64,000 nt of DNA from an uncultured Chloroflexia bacterium (lineage in GTDB: Bacteria > Chloroflexota > Limnocylindria > Limnocylindrales > CSP1-4): the NCBI GenBank assembly GCA_963802165.1, contig CAWDHT010000030.1, positions 84,684 to 148,683 on the forward strand. The letters run 5' to 3'. Positions 19,783-29,551 of the stretch are shown piece by piece. Each line of letters opens with the position of its first letter. Position 1 is the first letter of the stretch. A program made the position numbers and the translations under genes. The notes beneath the pieces were generated by a model, which saw only the letters and a list, made by a program, of their open reading frames with translations, ran no database searches and was not told the DNA's origin.

Positions 19783-22230
19783 ATGCCCAAGAACCTCGTG
19801 ATCGTGGAATCGCCCGCCAAGGCGCGGACCATCGAGCGCTATCTCGGCGCCGACTACCAGGTCCTCGCCTCGTACGGCCACGTCCGCGACCTGCCCGAGA
19901 ACCCGGGCAAGGGCAAGTTCGGGGTGGACGTGGACCACGACTTCGCCCCCGACTACGTCATCACGGAGGACCGGCGGAAGCAGGTCTCCGCGATCGAGAA
20001 GGCCGCGAAGAGCGCCGCGAACGTGTGGCTCGCCACGGATCTCGACCGCGAGGGTGAGGCGATCGCGTGGCACGTGGCGGAGGCCGCGCACGTCCCCGCC
20101 GCGAAGACCCGCCGGGTGACCTTCAACGAGATCACCGAGAGCGCCATCCGGGACGCCTTCGCGAGCCCGCGCGACATCGACCACGACCTGGTGGACGCCC
20201 AGCAGGCGCGCCGGATCATGGACCGCCTGGTCGGTTACACGCTGAGCCCGCTCCTGTCCAAGAAGGTCCGCCGTGGCCTGTCGGCCGGACGGGTCCAGTC
20301 CGTCGCCGTCCGGATCGTGGTGGAGCGAGAGCGCGAGATCCGCGCGTTCGAGGCCCGGGAGTACTGGACGCTCGAGGCGCTGCTGGCGGCCCCGGACGGC
20401 ACGGAGTTCACGGTCGACGTGGTGCGCATCGGCGGCAAGCCGCTCGCCATCGGTGACGGCGAGACGGCGGGCCACCATGCGGCCGCCCTGCGCGCCCTCC
20501 ACCCGGCCGTGGACTCGGTCGGAACGCGTGCCTCGAAGCGCAACCCGGCGCCACCGTTCACGACCAGCACCCTGCAGCAGGAGGCGAGCCGCAAGCTGGG
20601 CTTCAGCCCCAAGCGCACGATGTCCGTCGCGCAGCGGCTGTACGAGGGCGTGGACACGCCCGACGGTCAGGTCGGCCTGATCACCTACATGCGGACGGAC
20701 TCCACGGCGATCGCGGGCGTGGCGATGGCCGAGGCCCAGGCGGTGATCAAGGATCGTTTCGGGGACCGCTACGGGACCGGCAAGGGCCGGTTCTACAAGA
20801 CGAAGGCCAAGGGCGCCCAGGAGGCGCACGAGTCCGTTCGGCCGACGGCATTCCACCGCGACCCCGACTCGATGCGATCGCACCTCAAGACGGACGAGCT
20901 CAGGCTCTATCGCCTCATCTGGCAGCGTGCGCTCGCGTCGCAGATGGCGCCCAAGGAGCTCGAGACCACGACGATCGAGCTGGTCGACGGCGACTACCGG
21001 CTGCGGGCCTCGGCGACGCGGACGCTGTTCGACGGGTTCTCGCGGGTCTACACGGAGGGCCAGGACGACGCCGCCGAGGAGGCCGACCGAACGCTTCCGG
21101 TGCTGCGCGAGGGCGACGTCACCCGGGTCCTGGACGTGACGACGAGCCAGCACTTCACCGAGCCGCCGCCGCGGTACACCGAGGCGACGCTGATCAAGGC
21201 GCTCGAGGAGCACGGCATCGGGCGTCCGTCGACCTATGCCGCCACGATCTCGACGATCCTCGACCGGGGGTATGTCCGCGTGGAGGCGCGCCGGCTGCAC
21301 CCCGAGGAGATCGGCGAGATCGTCACGGACTACCTGGTCGCCTACTTCGGCGACTACGTGGACCTGACGTTCACGGCCCGCATGGAGGGCGACCTGGACG
21401 AGGTGGCCCGCGGCGAGCGCGCCTGGGTGCCGCTGCTGCGCGCCTTCTTCGACCCGCTCAAGGCCCTGGTGGACGACGCAGGTGATCAACCCCCGCCGCC
21501 CGGGGAGCCGACCGACGAGGTGTGCTCGCTGGGACACCCGATGATCATCAAGCTCGGCCGGAACGGCAAGTTCCTCGCCTGCTCCACGTATCCCGACCAC
21601 AAGGAGACGCGTCCGCTGCCCGGCGAGGAGACGCCCCGGATGGAGGGCGACGGCGAGGCGTGCCCCCAGTGCGGCGAGGGGACGCTCACGACGAAGCGGG
21701 GAAGGTTCGGCGCCTTCGTCGGCTGCTCCCGGTATCCCGACTGCACGTACATCAAGAAGGACGGCCCGCCGCCGCCGGACCCGCTGCCGTTCGAGGTGGT
21801 CTGCCCCAAGAACGGGGACGGAACGCTGGTGGCGCGTCGCGCGCGGCGCACCGGAAACGTCTTCTGGGGGTGCTCCCGATACCCCAAGTGCGACTTCACC
21901 ACCAACGACGAGCCGACGGGTGCCGTCCACGACGCCTCCGACGAGACACATGCCGCGGGCCGCGGATCCGTGGCCCGCAAGGGTGAGGCGGGCATCTGCC
22001 TGACCTGTGGCGCCACCGTGGACCTGCCCGCGGGCTCCCTGATCGGCCTGCGGCTCGCCGGTGGTCCAGCCAATCCGGCGGCCCTCGAGCGTCCGGCACG
22101 CGGCGGCAGGCGTGGCGCAGCGAAGGCAGGCGGCGGCCCGACCAAGACCGGGACCGGCGCCCGGCGAACGACCCGGTCATCGGGCGGCACCACGCGCACC
22201 GGAACCGGGTCCCGGCGCAAGAGCGAGTGA
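19783..22230 (+). CDS. topA: DNA topoisomerase I
   Basis: LVIVESPAKA, ATDLDREGEAI, SAGRVQS, ITYMRTDS and GIGRPSTYA, then C-terminal Zn ribbons and a basic tail. Confidence 0.97.
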   Translation: MPKNLVIVESPAKARTIERYLGADYQVLASYGHVRDLPENPGKGKFGVDVDHDFAPDYVITEDRRKQVSAIEKAAKSAANVWLATDLDREGEAIAWHVAEAAHVPAAKTRRVTFNEITESAIRDAFASPRDIDHDLVDAQQARRIMDRLVGYTLSPLLSKKVRRGLSAGRVQSVAVRIVVEREREIRAFEAREYWTLEALLAAPDGTEFTVDVVRIGGKPLAIGDGETAGHHAAALRALHPAVDSVGTRASKRNPAPPFTTSTLQQEASRKLGFSPKRTMSVAQRLYEGVDTPDGQVGLITYMRTDSTAIAGVAMAEAQAVIKDRFGDRYGTGKGRFYKTKAKGAQEAHESVRPTAFHRDPDSMRSHLKTDELRLYRLIWQRALASQMAPKELETTTIELVDGDYRLRASATRTLFDGFSRVYTEGQDDAAEEADRTLPVLREGDVTRVLDVTTSQHFTEPPPRYTEATLIKALEEHGIGRPSTYAATISTILDRGYVRVEARRLHPEEIGEIVTDYLVAYFGDYVDLTFTARMEGDLDEVARGERAWVPLLRAFFDPLKALVDDAGDQPPPPGEPTDEVCSLGHPMIIKLGRNGKFLACSTYPDHKETRPLPGEETPRMEGDGEACPQCGEGTLTTKRGRFGAFVGCSRYPDCTYIKKDGPPPPDPLPFEVVCPKNGDGTLVARRARRTGNVFWGCSRYPKCDFTTNDEPTGAVHDASDETHAAGRGSVARKGEAGICLTCGATVDLPAGSLIGLRLAGGPANPAALERPARGGRRGAAKAGGGPTKTGTGARRTTRSSGGTTRTGTGSRRKSE

Positions 22231-22273
22231 GCGGCGTGGGGCTGGTGACGCCCCCTCGCCCGGCTGCCGCATC

Positions 22274-23239
22274 GTGACCGGATCCGAGGCGCTCCTCCGG
22301 TTCCTGCGCTCGCTCGAGGCACGCGACCTCTCCCCGGAGACCCGGCGCTCGTACGAGGGCACAGTGGCCGCCTATCTCGACTGGCTCGCCGCCCACGACG
22401 CGGACTGGCGCACCCCAGGTCGCGCCATCCTCCGGGCGTACCTCGCCGAGCTGTCGGTGGGCCATGCCAGGACGTCCGTCGCCCAGCGGCTCGCTGCGCT
22501 GCGCGCCTTCCACCGCTACTGCGCCCGGTCCGGGCTGGCGCCCGGCGATCCGTGGGGGGCCGTCGCGACGCCGCGCCTGCCCCGCCGCCTGCCGAAGGTG
22601 CTCGAGGTCGAGCAGGTCGAGGCGCTGCTCGCGGTGATCGACGCCGACCTCGTGGCTGCCGCCGAGGGCACCTCCCGGAGCGCCCGTCACGACCCGGATC
22701 TCGCCCGTGCGATCGCCCTGCGCGACCGCGCCCTGGTCGAGACGGCCTACGCGGCCGGCCTGCGCATCAGCGAGCTGGCCGCCGCGGACCTGGCCAGCCT
22801 CGACCTCCGGCGCGGCGAGCTGCGAGTGATGGGCAAGGGCCGCAAGGAACGCATCGGGCTGCTCGGCCGCCCGGCCAGGGAGGCTCTCACCGGGTACCTG
22901 GACGAGGCTCGCCCGGTGCTGGACGCCCGACGGGATCCACTGGCCCGCGAGCCGGCCGAGGTCTTCCTCAATCATCGCGGCGGTCCGCTCGGCGTCCGGG
23001 GCCTGCGGATGCGCCTGGACCGGCTGCGCCGCCTGGCCGGCCTCCCGGAGGGTGTCAGCCCGCACACCCTGCGCCACTCGTTCGCCACGCATCTCCTCGA
23101 GGGAGGCGCGGACCTGCGCGTGGTGCAGGAGCTCCTTGGCCACGAGAGCCTCGCCACCACCCAGGTCTACACGCACGTCTCGCCGGCGCACCTCCGGGAT
23201 GCCTACCGGCAGGCCCATCCGCGGGCGCGGGCCACCTGA
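22274..23239 (+). CDS. xerC: Tyrosine recombinase XerC
   Basis: GLRISEL, GKGRKER, HTLRHSFATH, LGHESLATTQVYTHV and HPRA C-terminus. Conserved topA-xerC order. Confidence 0.88.
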   Translation: MTGSEALLRFLRSLEARDLSPETRRSYEGTVAAYLDWLAAHDADWRTPGRAILRAYLAELSVGHARTSVAQRLAALRAFHRYCARSGLAPGDPWGAVATPRLPRRLPKVLEVEQVEALLAVIDADLVAAAEGTSRSARHDPDLARAIALRDRALVETAYAAGLRISELAAADLASLDLRRGELRVMGKGRKERIGLLGRPAREALTGYLDEARPVLDARRDPLAREPAEVFLNHRGGPLGVRGLRMRLDRLRRLAGLPEGVSPHTLRHSFATHLLEGGADLRVVQELLGHESLATTQVYTHVSPAHLRDAYRQAHPRARAT

Positions 23240-24907
23240 TGGACGATCCGGATGTCCTGACGGGCGTGGTGGCCGACGAGGAGCAGGGCCTGCATCCCGT
23301 CGCGGCCGCCGCGGCCTCGCGGGCGGGCGCCTCGTCGGCGCGGGTCCTGGCCCGCGCCGGCCTGATCGTCACCGGGATGTTCCTCGCGGCGCGGGTCCTC
23401 GGGTACGTCCGGACCATCGCCTACGCCGCCGCGTTCCCGGACGTCGCGCAGCTCGCCCCGTTCTATGCCGCCTTCCGGATCCCGGACCTCCTGTTCCAGC
23501 TCGTCGCGGCCGGGGCACTCTCCTCGGCGCTGATCCCGGTGGTCGCCGGGCTGTTCGCGAAGGAGGAGGACGCCCGAGCCTGGCGGGTCGTCTCCACGGT
23601 CGCGACCCTCATGCTGTCGGTCCTGCTCGTGTTGGCGGCCCTCGTGATGTGGTTCGCACCCGAGTTCGTGGCAGTCATCACGCCCGGGTTCAACGAGGCC
23701 CAGCGCGCAGAGACGGCGGACCTGACCAGGATCATGGTCCTCTCGCCGATGCTCCTGGCGGCAGGCGCCATCGCCACGAGCGTGCTGAACTCCCGGGAGC
23801 GGTTCGGCGCCGCGGCGCTCGCCCCGCTGGTCTACAACCTGGCGCTGATCTTCGGGGCCCTCGCGCTCGCCCCCGCGTTCGGGGTGCAGGGCCTGGCCTA
23901 TGGGGTCGTGCTCGGGGCGCTCGGCCACATCGCCGTCCAGGTCCCGTCGCTGGTCCGGATCGGGGCCCGCATCCGGCCGTTCGTGGACCTGCGCGACGAC
24001 CAGGCGCGCACGGCGCTGCTGCTCATGGTGCCGCGCGCGATCGGCCTGGGGGCCACCCAGATCGTGTTCCTGGTGATGACGAGCCTCGCCACGACGCTGG
24101 GCGCCGAGGCCGTGGTCGTGTTCGGCTTCGCGTTCGCCGTGCTCCAGATCCCGATCGGGGTGATCGGGGTGCCGCTGGGGATCGTCCTCCTGCCGTCGCT
24201 GTCGCGAGAGGCGGCGCTCGGCGCAGGGGATGGGTTCACGAGGCTGATCACCCGCGCCCTGGCCCTGCTCGGCTACGTCATGGTCGCGATCGCCGCCCTG
24301 GGCATCGTGGTCTCGGCCGACCTCGTGCGCCTCCTGTTCGGGGTGGCGAACATGGAGGAGAGCGTGCTCACGGCCACCGCGGGGGCCCTGGCCGTGTTCC
24401 TGCTCGGCCTGACCGCCCACTCGCTGATCACCGTGCTGGCGCGCTCCTTCTACGCCCTCAAGGACACGAAGACCCCGGTCGCCGCAGCCCTGGTCGCGGT
24501 GGCCGCGAACATCGTCATCGCGAACCTCCTCATCGGACCGCTGGGCCTCAACGGGCTTGCCGCGGCCATCGCGATCTCGGCGTGGCTCGAGACGATGGTG
24601 CTGGTGGTGCTGCTGCTGCGGCGCGTGCCGGGCATCCGTTCCGGCATGGGTCACGTGTGGGTGGTGATCGCGAAGACCGTCCTGGTCTCGTTTGCCGGGG
24701 CGCTCGTCGCCTATGTCGTCGACAGGGCCCTCGTCGGCGCCTGGGGCGCGGATCCAGGGTTCCTGCTGCTCCTCGTCCGCATCTCCCTCGCGGTCGCCAC
24801 GGGCGGCCTCGTCATCGTCGCGGGATCGCTCGCGTTGCGGATCGAGGAACTGCGCTCTATCGTCGGCGGTGATGACGGACCTCGTTCGACGGCGCGGACG
24901 CGCATGA
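23239..24907 (+). CDS. murJ: Lipid II flippase MurJ (apparent +1 error near 24868 fuses it to the next gene)
   Basis: ARVLGYVR, AFRIPDLLFQL..GALSSALIPV, QIPIGVIG and RSFYALKDTKTP. The natural end ...VMTDLVRRRGRA* at TGA 24907 overlaps the next ATG (ATGA). Confidence 0.9.
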
Positions 24908-26004
24908 CCGCGAACGATCCGGCCGCGGACGCCGTGCGCCCCGACCCGTCGCCCGCCGCGTGGGACGCGGTCGTCGAGGCCAACCCCCGTGGCTCGTACC
25001 TGCAGCTATCGGCGTGGGCCCGGGTCAAGGCCGTCAACGGCTGGACCGCGCGTCGCCTCCTCGACACGGGGACCGGCGTCGGCGCCCAGGTGCTGCTCCG
25101 TCGGCCCGGACCGCTGCCCTGGGCCTTCGCCTATGCGCCGCGCGGGCCGGTCCTGGAGCGCTGGGATCCGGCATCGGTCGCCGCCTTCACCGTGCTGGCC
25201 AGGGCCGGGCTCCGCGACGGCGTCCGCGCCAGCCACATCCGCATCGACCCGGAGATCGAGCTGGGTGCCGGCCCGGACGAGGGCGGCGCGGTCACGACCG
25301 CCCTGCGCGCCGCGGGCTGGCTGCCGGCGACGGCGATCCAGCCCGTGAGCACGCGGATGATCGACCTGCGGGCCGACGAGGCAGCCCTGTGGGGCGACCT
25401 GCGCAAGAAGTGGCGCCAGTACGTCAACAAGGCCCGGTCAGGCGGCGTGGTGGTCGTGGACGCAGGTCCCGAGCGCCTGGACGAGTTCTACCGGATCTAC
25501 CGCGAGACGGCGGACCGCGCCGGATTTCTCATCCGCGCCCAGTCGGCCTACCGGGACGCGTGGGACGCCTACGCGCCCGACGGGCGCGCCAGGCTCCTGT
25601 TCGCGGAGCTGCCCGGCGGCGAGGCCGTCGCGACGCTGTTCCTCGTCCGAGCCGGGACCCGCGTGGTGGAGCCGTATGGCGGCATGACCCCGGCCGGCGC
25701 CGACTCCCGGGCCAACTACCTGCTCAAGTGGGAGGCGATCCGGAGCTCCAGGGAGTCCGGCGCAACGACCTATGACCTGTGGGGCCTCGCCCACGCGGGC
25801 ATCGACCACTTCAAGACGGGCTTCGGGGGCCGCGAGATCCGGTACGTGGGCGCGTGGGACCTCGTCCTGGACGCGTTCGGGCGCCGCACGTTCGGCGTGG
25901 CCCAGCGCGCCCGGGTCCGCGTGGAGCGAATGCGCCACGGGCTGAAGGGCGCCGGCGGGACGACGGCCGCGGGCTACGGCGGTGACGCCGGGGGCGACGG
26001 ATGA
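24904..26004 (+). CDS. FemAB/FemX-family peptidoglycan bridge aminoacyltransferase (1)
   Basis: YLQLSAWARVK..GW, YAPRGP, IRIDP, KKWRQYVNKA, NYLLKWEAI and YDLWG..FKTGFGG. Confidence 0.88.
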   Translation: MTANDPAADAVRPDPSPAAWDAVVEANPRGSYLQLSAWARVKAVNGWTARRLLDTGTGVGAQVLLRRPGPLPWAFAYAPRGPVLERWDPASVAAFTVLARAGLRDGVRASHIRIDPEIELGAGPDEGGAVTTALRAAGWLPATAIQPVSTRMIDLRADEAALWGDLRKKWRQYVNKARSGGVVVVDAGPERLDEFYRIYRETADRAGFLIRAQSAYRDAWDAYAPDGRARLLFAELPGGEAVATLFLVRAGTRVVEPYGGMTPAGADSRANYLLKWEAIRSSRESGATTYDLWGLAHAGIDHFKTGFGGREIRYVGAWDLVLDAFGRRTFGVAQRARVRVERMRHGLKGAGGTTAAGYGGDAGGDG

Positions 26005-27149
26005 ACGTGCCCGTTCGCGAGCTGGGTCCAGACGAGCTGGACGGCTGGGACGCGGCGGCCGTCGACACGCCCGGGGGCCACGTCCTCCAGTCGCGTGCCT
26101 GGGCGGAGCACCGGGCCGCCGGTGGATGGTCGGCGAGGTTCCTCGTGGCGGGTGAGGTGCGGGCCCTCGTGCTCGGGCGCCCGTGGCCGCTGGTCGGTGG
26201 CGGTTCCGCGTACATGCCCCGCGGGCCGGTTGCGACCGGAACGCCGTGGGTCGCGGGCGACGAGGACGCGCAGCGGGCCGTGGCGGCGGTCGGCGAGGGA
26301 CTCGTGGCGATCGCCACGCGGCTGCAGGACGACGGCGTGGACGTGCTCGCGGCCGACCCCGAAGTCACGGCTGGCGACGTCGCCTATCGCCGGACCCTCG
26401 ACGGCGCCGGCTTCCACGGGATCCCGGAGATCCAGCCCTCGCGCCACCGGATGGCGCTGGCCCTCCCATCGGCCGGCGACGAGGCGGCGGTCATGGACGG
26501 CATCGCGAAGGCGACGCGCCAGCGGATCCGCCGTGCGGAGCGGGACGGCGTCGTGGTGGTGCGCTGGGACGCGGCCCCGGGCGACGTGGAGGCGTTCGTC
26601 CGGGCGACCGAGGACGGAGGCGCCGCGCTTGACCGTTTCTACGGGCTGCTGCGCGCGACCGGTGACCGGCGCGGCTTCGGGTTCGCGGGTCCCGCCGAGT
26701 TCACGGCCTGGTGGCGCCGCGCCATGGCCGCCGGCCACCTCGTCTATCTCGAGGCGCGCGAGGGCGCCGTAGACGGTGACGTGCTGGGCGGCCTCGTCCT
26801 GTACCGGCACGGGGTGCGATTGTCCACCGCCCATTCCGCCGACCGAGCGGAGCGGCGGCGCGACCACCCGGGCGCCATGCACCTGCTCCGCTGGCGTGCG
26901 ATCCAGCTGGCCATGGCCGAAGGACGCACGGAGATGGATCTCGGCGGCGTGGACGTGGCGGGTGCGCGACGGGTGCCGGCCGAGGGCGAGCCGACGTACG
27001 GCCTCTACGAGCACAAGCGGTCGTTCGGGGCCGAATGGGTCGCCCTGGCCGGCGCCCAGGAGCGCGTGGCACGGGCCTGGCGGTACGCGGCGGGCCGCGC
27101 GGCCGCGAAGCTTGCGCACGCGACGGGGCAGGGGAGCGGATCCGCATGA
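26001..27149 (+). CDS. FemAB/FemX-family GNAT aminoacyltransferase (2)
   Basis: HVLQSRAWAEH, YMPRGP, TRQRIRRAER, HLLRWRAI and DLGG..GLYEHKRSFG. Confidence 0.85.
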   Translation: MNVPVRELGPDELDGWDAAAVDTPGGHVLQSRAWAEHRAAGGWSARFLVAGEVRALVLGRPWPLVGGGSAYMPRGPVATGTPWVAGDEDAQRAVAAVGEGLVAIATRLQDDGVDVLAADPEVTAGDVAYRRTLDGAGFHGIPEIQPSRHRMALALPSAGDEAAVMDGIAKATRQRIRRAERDGVVVVRWDAAPGDVEAFVRATEDGGAALDRFYGLLRATGDRRGFGFAGPAEFTAWWRRAMAAGHLVYLEAREGAVDGDVLGGLVLYRHGVRLSTAHSADRAERRRDHPGAMHLLRWRAIQLAMAEGRTEMDLGGVDVAGARRVPAEGEPTYGLYEHKRSFGAEWVALAGAQERVARAWRYAAGRAAAKLAHATGQGSGSA

Positions 27150-28789
27150 GCGGCGAGCCCACCCCCGTCGAGCGGCTGATCGCCGATGCCGCCCCGCGCG
27201 AGCCCATGGCGCTGGGTGGGCTCCTGGCGCGCCTGGAGGCCGCTGGGCTGGTCCGCGGTGCCCAGGTGGCGGATGGGCCCGCCGACCCCCGGTCGCTCGC
27301 GGAGATCGCCGTCACGGGCGTGGCCGAGGATTCGCGCGAGGTGGGGGAGGGAACCCTGTTCGTCGCCGTGCCCGGGTTCCACGTGGACGGCCACGACTAC
27401 CTCGCTCGCGCGGCGGCCGCCGGCGCGGCGGCGGCCCTCGTCGAACGCCCGGTCACCGGCACGGCCCTCCCACAGCTGGTCCTGGCCGCCACGCGGCCGG
27501 CCCTCGCCCGGGCCGCGGCCTGGTGGTGTGGCGACCCGTCGCGCGGCCTCGGCGTCATCGGGATCACCGGCACGGACGGCAAGACGACCACGTCGTTCCT
27601 GGCGCTGGCCGCGCTTGAGGCGGCCGGTCTCAGCACGGGACTCATCGGGACCGTCGAGACCAAGGTGGGCGGGACCCGCGAGCGGCACGAGGCCCACGTC
27701 ACCACGCCGGGAGCCCCCGACCTCCAGGCCACGCTGCGGGCCATGGCGGCCAACGGCAACGGCGCCGCGATCCTCGAGACCACCTCCCACGCCCTGGAGC
27801 TCGGGCGCGTCACCGGGGTCGCCTACGACGCCGCGGTGTTCACGAACCTCACCCACGAGCACCTGGAGCTGCACGGCAGCTTCGAGCGGTACCGTGCCGC
27901 CAAGGTCCGGCTGTTCGAGGCGCTCGCGCCGGGGCCCGAGAACCCCGCCAAGACCGTCGCCGGCCGTCCGTGGCCCAAGCTCGCGGTGATCAACCGCGAC
28001 GACGCCTCGGCCGGCTGGTTCGAGGCCGCCGCCCGTGAGGCAGGTGCGACGGTCCTGACCTACGGCACGCACCCGGCGTCCGACGTCCGGGCTACGGCGG
28101 TGGAGGAGGACGTGTCCCGCCTCCGCATCCGGTACACGGGCCCGTCAGGCTCCGGCAGACTCGAGCTGCGTCTCGCCGGTCGGTTCAACGTTCACAACGC
28201 GCTGGCGGTGGTCGCGCTGGGCGAGGGTCTGGGCCTGGACCTGGCCGCGGTCCGCGCGGGTCTCGAGGCGGTCCCCGGGGTCCCGGGTCGCATGGAGCGC
28301 ATCGAGGCGGGCCAGCCGTTCGGGGTCATCGTGGACTACGCCCACTCCCCGGCGTCGCTCGAGGGGGTGCTGGACCTGCTGGCCCCGATCGCGGCGGCCC
28401 GCGGCGGCGGGCTGATCGCCGTGTTCGGATCGGGCGGCGAGCGGGACATCGCCAAGCGCGCGGTCATGGGCAGGGTCGCCGGGGAGCGCTGCCGGCTGGT
28501 CGTGGCCACGGACGAGGATCCGCGCGGCGAGGACCGGCACGCCATCGTGGAGGAGATCGTGCGCGGCGCGGAGTCGGCGGGTCGCCGCCGTGGGGTGGAC
28601 GTGCTGGGGATCGTGGATCGACGCGCGGCGGTCGCCGCAGCGTTCGCGCATGCCCGCCCCGGTGATGTCGTGCTGCTCGCGGGCAAGGGTCACGAGCCCA
28701 CCATCCTCTACGCCGACCACGCGATCCCCTGGGACGAGGCCACGGTGGCGCGCGAGACGCTCGCGGCGATGGGCTGGTCGGCGGGCTGA
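27146..28789 (+). CDS. murE: UDP-MurNAc-tripeptide synthetase MurE
   Basis: EDSREV, GITGTDGKTTT, TTPGA, ETTSHAL, FTNLTHEHL, VPGRME, VDYAH, DEDPR and LAGKGHE. Confidence 0.93.
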   Translation: MSGEPTPVERLIADAAPREPMALGGLLARLEAAGLVRGAQVADGPADPRSLAEIAVTGVAEDSREVGEGTLFVAVPGFHVDGHDYLARAAAAGAAAALVERPVTGTALPQLVLAATRPALARAAAWWCGDPSRGLGVIGITGTDGKTTTSFLALAALEAAGLSTGLIGTVETKVGGTRERHEAHVTTPGAPDLQATLRAMAANGNGAAILETTSHALELGRVTGVAYDAAVFTNLTHEHLELHGSFERYRAAKVRLFEALAPGPENPAKTVAGRPWPKLAVINRDDASAGWFEAAAREAGATVLTYGTHPASDVRATAVEEDVSRLRIRYTGPSGSGRLELRLAGRFNVHNALAVVALGEGLGLDLAAVRAGLEAVPGVPGRMERIEAGQPFGVIVDYAHSPASLEGVLDLLAPIAAARGGGLIAVFGSGGERDIAKRAVMGRVAGERCRLVVATDEDPRGEDRHAIVEEIVRGAESAGRRRGVDVLGIVDRRAAVAAAFAHARPGDVVLLAGKGHEPTILYADHAIPWDEATVARETLAAMGWSAG

Positions 28790-28792
28790 AGC

Positions 28793-29512
28793 GTGCGTGG
28801 CTGCCTGTTCACGCTGCTGCTCGGCGCCATCGTCATCGGGTTCGTGATCGTGGTCGGCCTGCCGGCGGCGGCGGCGGGCATCCTCACCGCCGGGCTCTCC
28901 ACGGCCGGCCTCGTCGCCGACGACACGACCGTCACCGTCACCAGCGATCCGCCGACGGACTTCCTGGGTCTGCGGGCCGACAGCGTCAGGGTCACCGCCA
29001 CGGACGCCACGTTCCGAGGCATGGCGATCGGCGCCCTCGACCTCGCCTTGGGCGACGTGCGGGTCCTCGAGCGCACGGCCGGCAGCGTGGACGGGCAACT
29101 CACCGATGTCACGGTGACTGGCGCCGGCGGCCAGCGGATCACGGTCGAGCGGATCACCCTCCTGGGTGGCCGGGACGGGATCACCACGACCACCGTGATC
29201 CCGAACGGGGACATCGAGGCGCTGATCGCGGACGCGGTCAAGGCCCAGACCGGGACCCGCCCGACGTCCGTGACGCTGCGCGCACCCGACCGGGTCTCGT
29301 TCACCCTCGGCGGGACGAAGGTCGCCGGGCGCTTCGCCGTGACCGCGGACGGCGACCTCGTGGTGCGCGGCGACGACGGGCCAACGCAGGGGCGCGAGGT
29401 CGTGCTGGTTCGCGGCGGCAACGACCTGCCGATCGAGCTGACGTCGGTGAAGGTGACGGCGTCTGGCGGTCTGCGGCTGACCGGCAACCTCGCCGTCGGG
29501 ATCCTGGGCTGA
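28793..29512 (+). CDS. LmeA/DUF2993-like membrane-anchored protein
   Basis: N-terminal TM, V.VTSDPP..FLGLRADSVRVTA pattern and LPIELTSVKVT C-terminus. Confidence 0.55.
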   Translation: MRGCLFTLLLGAIVIGFVIVVGLPAAAAGILTAGLSTAGLVADDTTVTVTSDPPTDFLGLRADSVRVTATDATFRGMAIGALDLALGDVRVLERTAGSVDGQLTDVTVTGAGGQRITVERITLLGGRDGITTTTVIPNGDIEALIADAVKAQTGTRPTSVTLRAPDRVSFTLGGTKVAGRFAVTADGDLVVRGDDGPTQGREVVLVRGGNDLPIELTSVKVTASGGLRLTGNLAVGILG

Positions 29513-29551
29513 CGCACGAGGTAGGCGCGCACACCGGGTAGACTCTCGCGC

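Noticed and set aside
22274-23239. Tyrosine recombinase as a sign of an integrated element
   Set aside because: XerC-type motifs and housekeeping topA-xerC context. No att repeats, cargo or composition shift seen.
22552-26004. 1150-aa ORF suggesting a MurJ-FemX fusion
   Set aside because: One extra G near 24868 explains it. The alternative frame gives a natural MurJ end with an ATGA overlap onto the Fem start, and indels are frequent in this contig. Reads should confirm.
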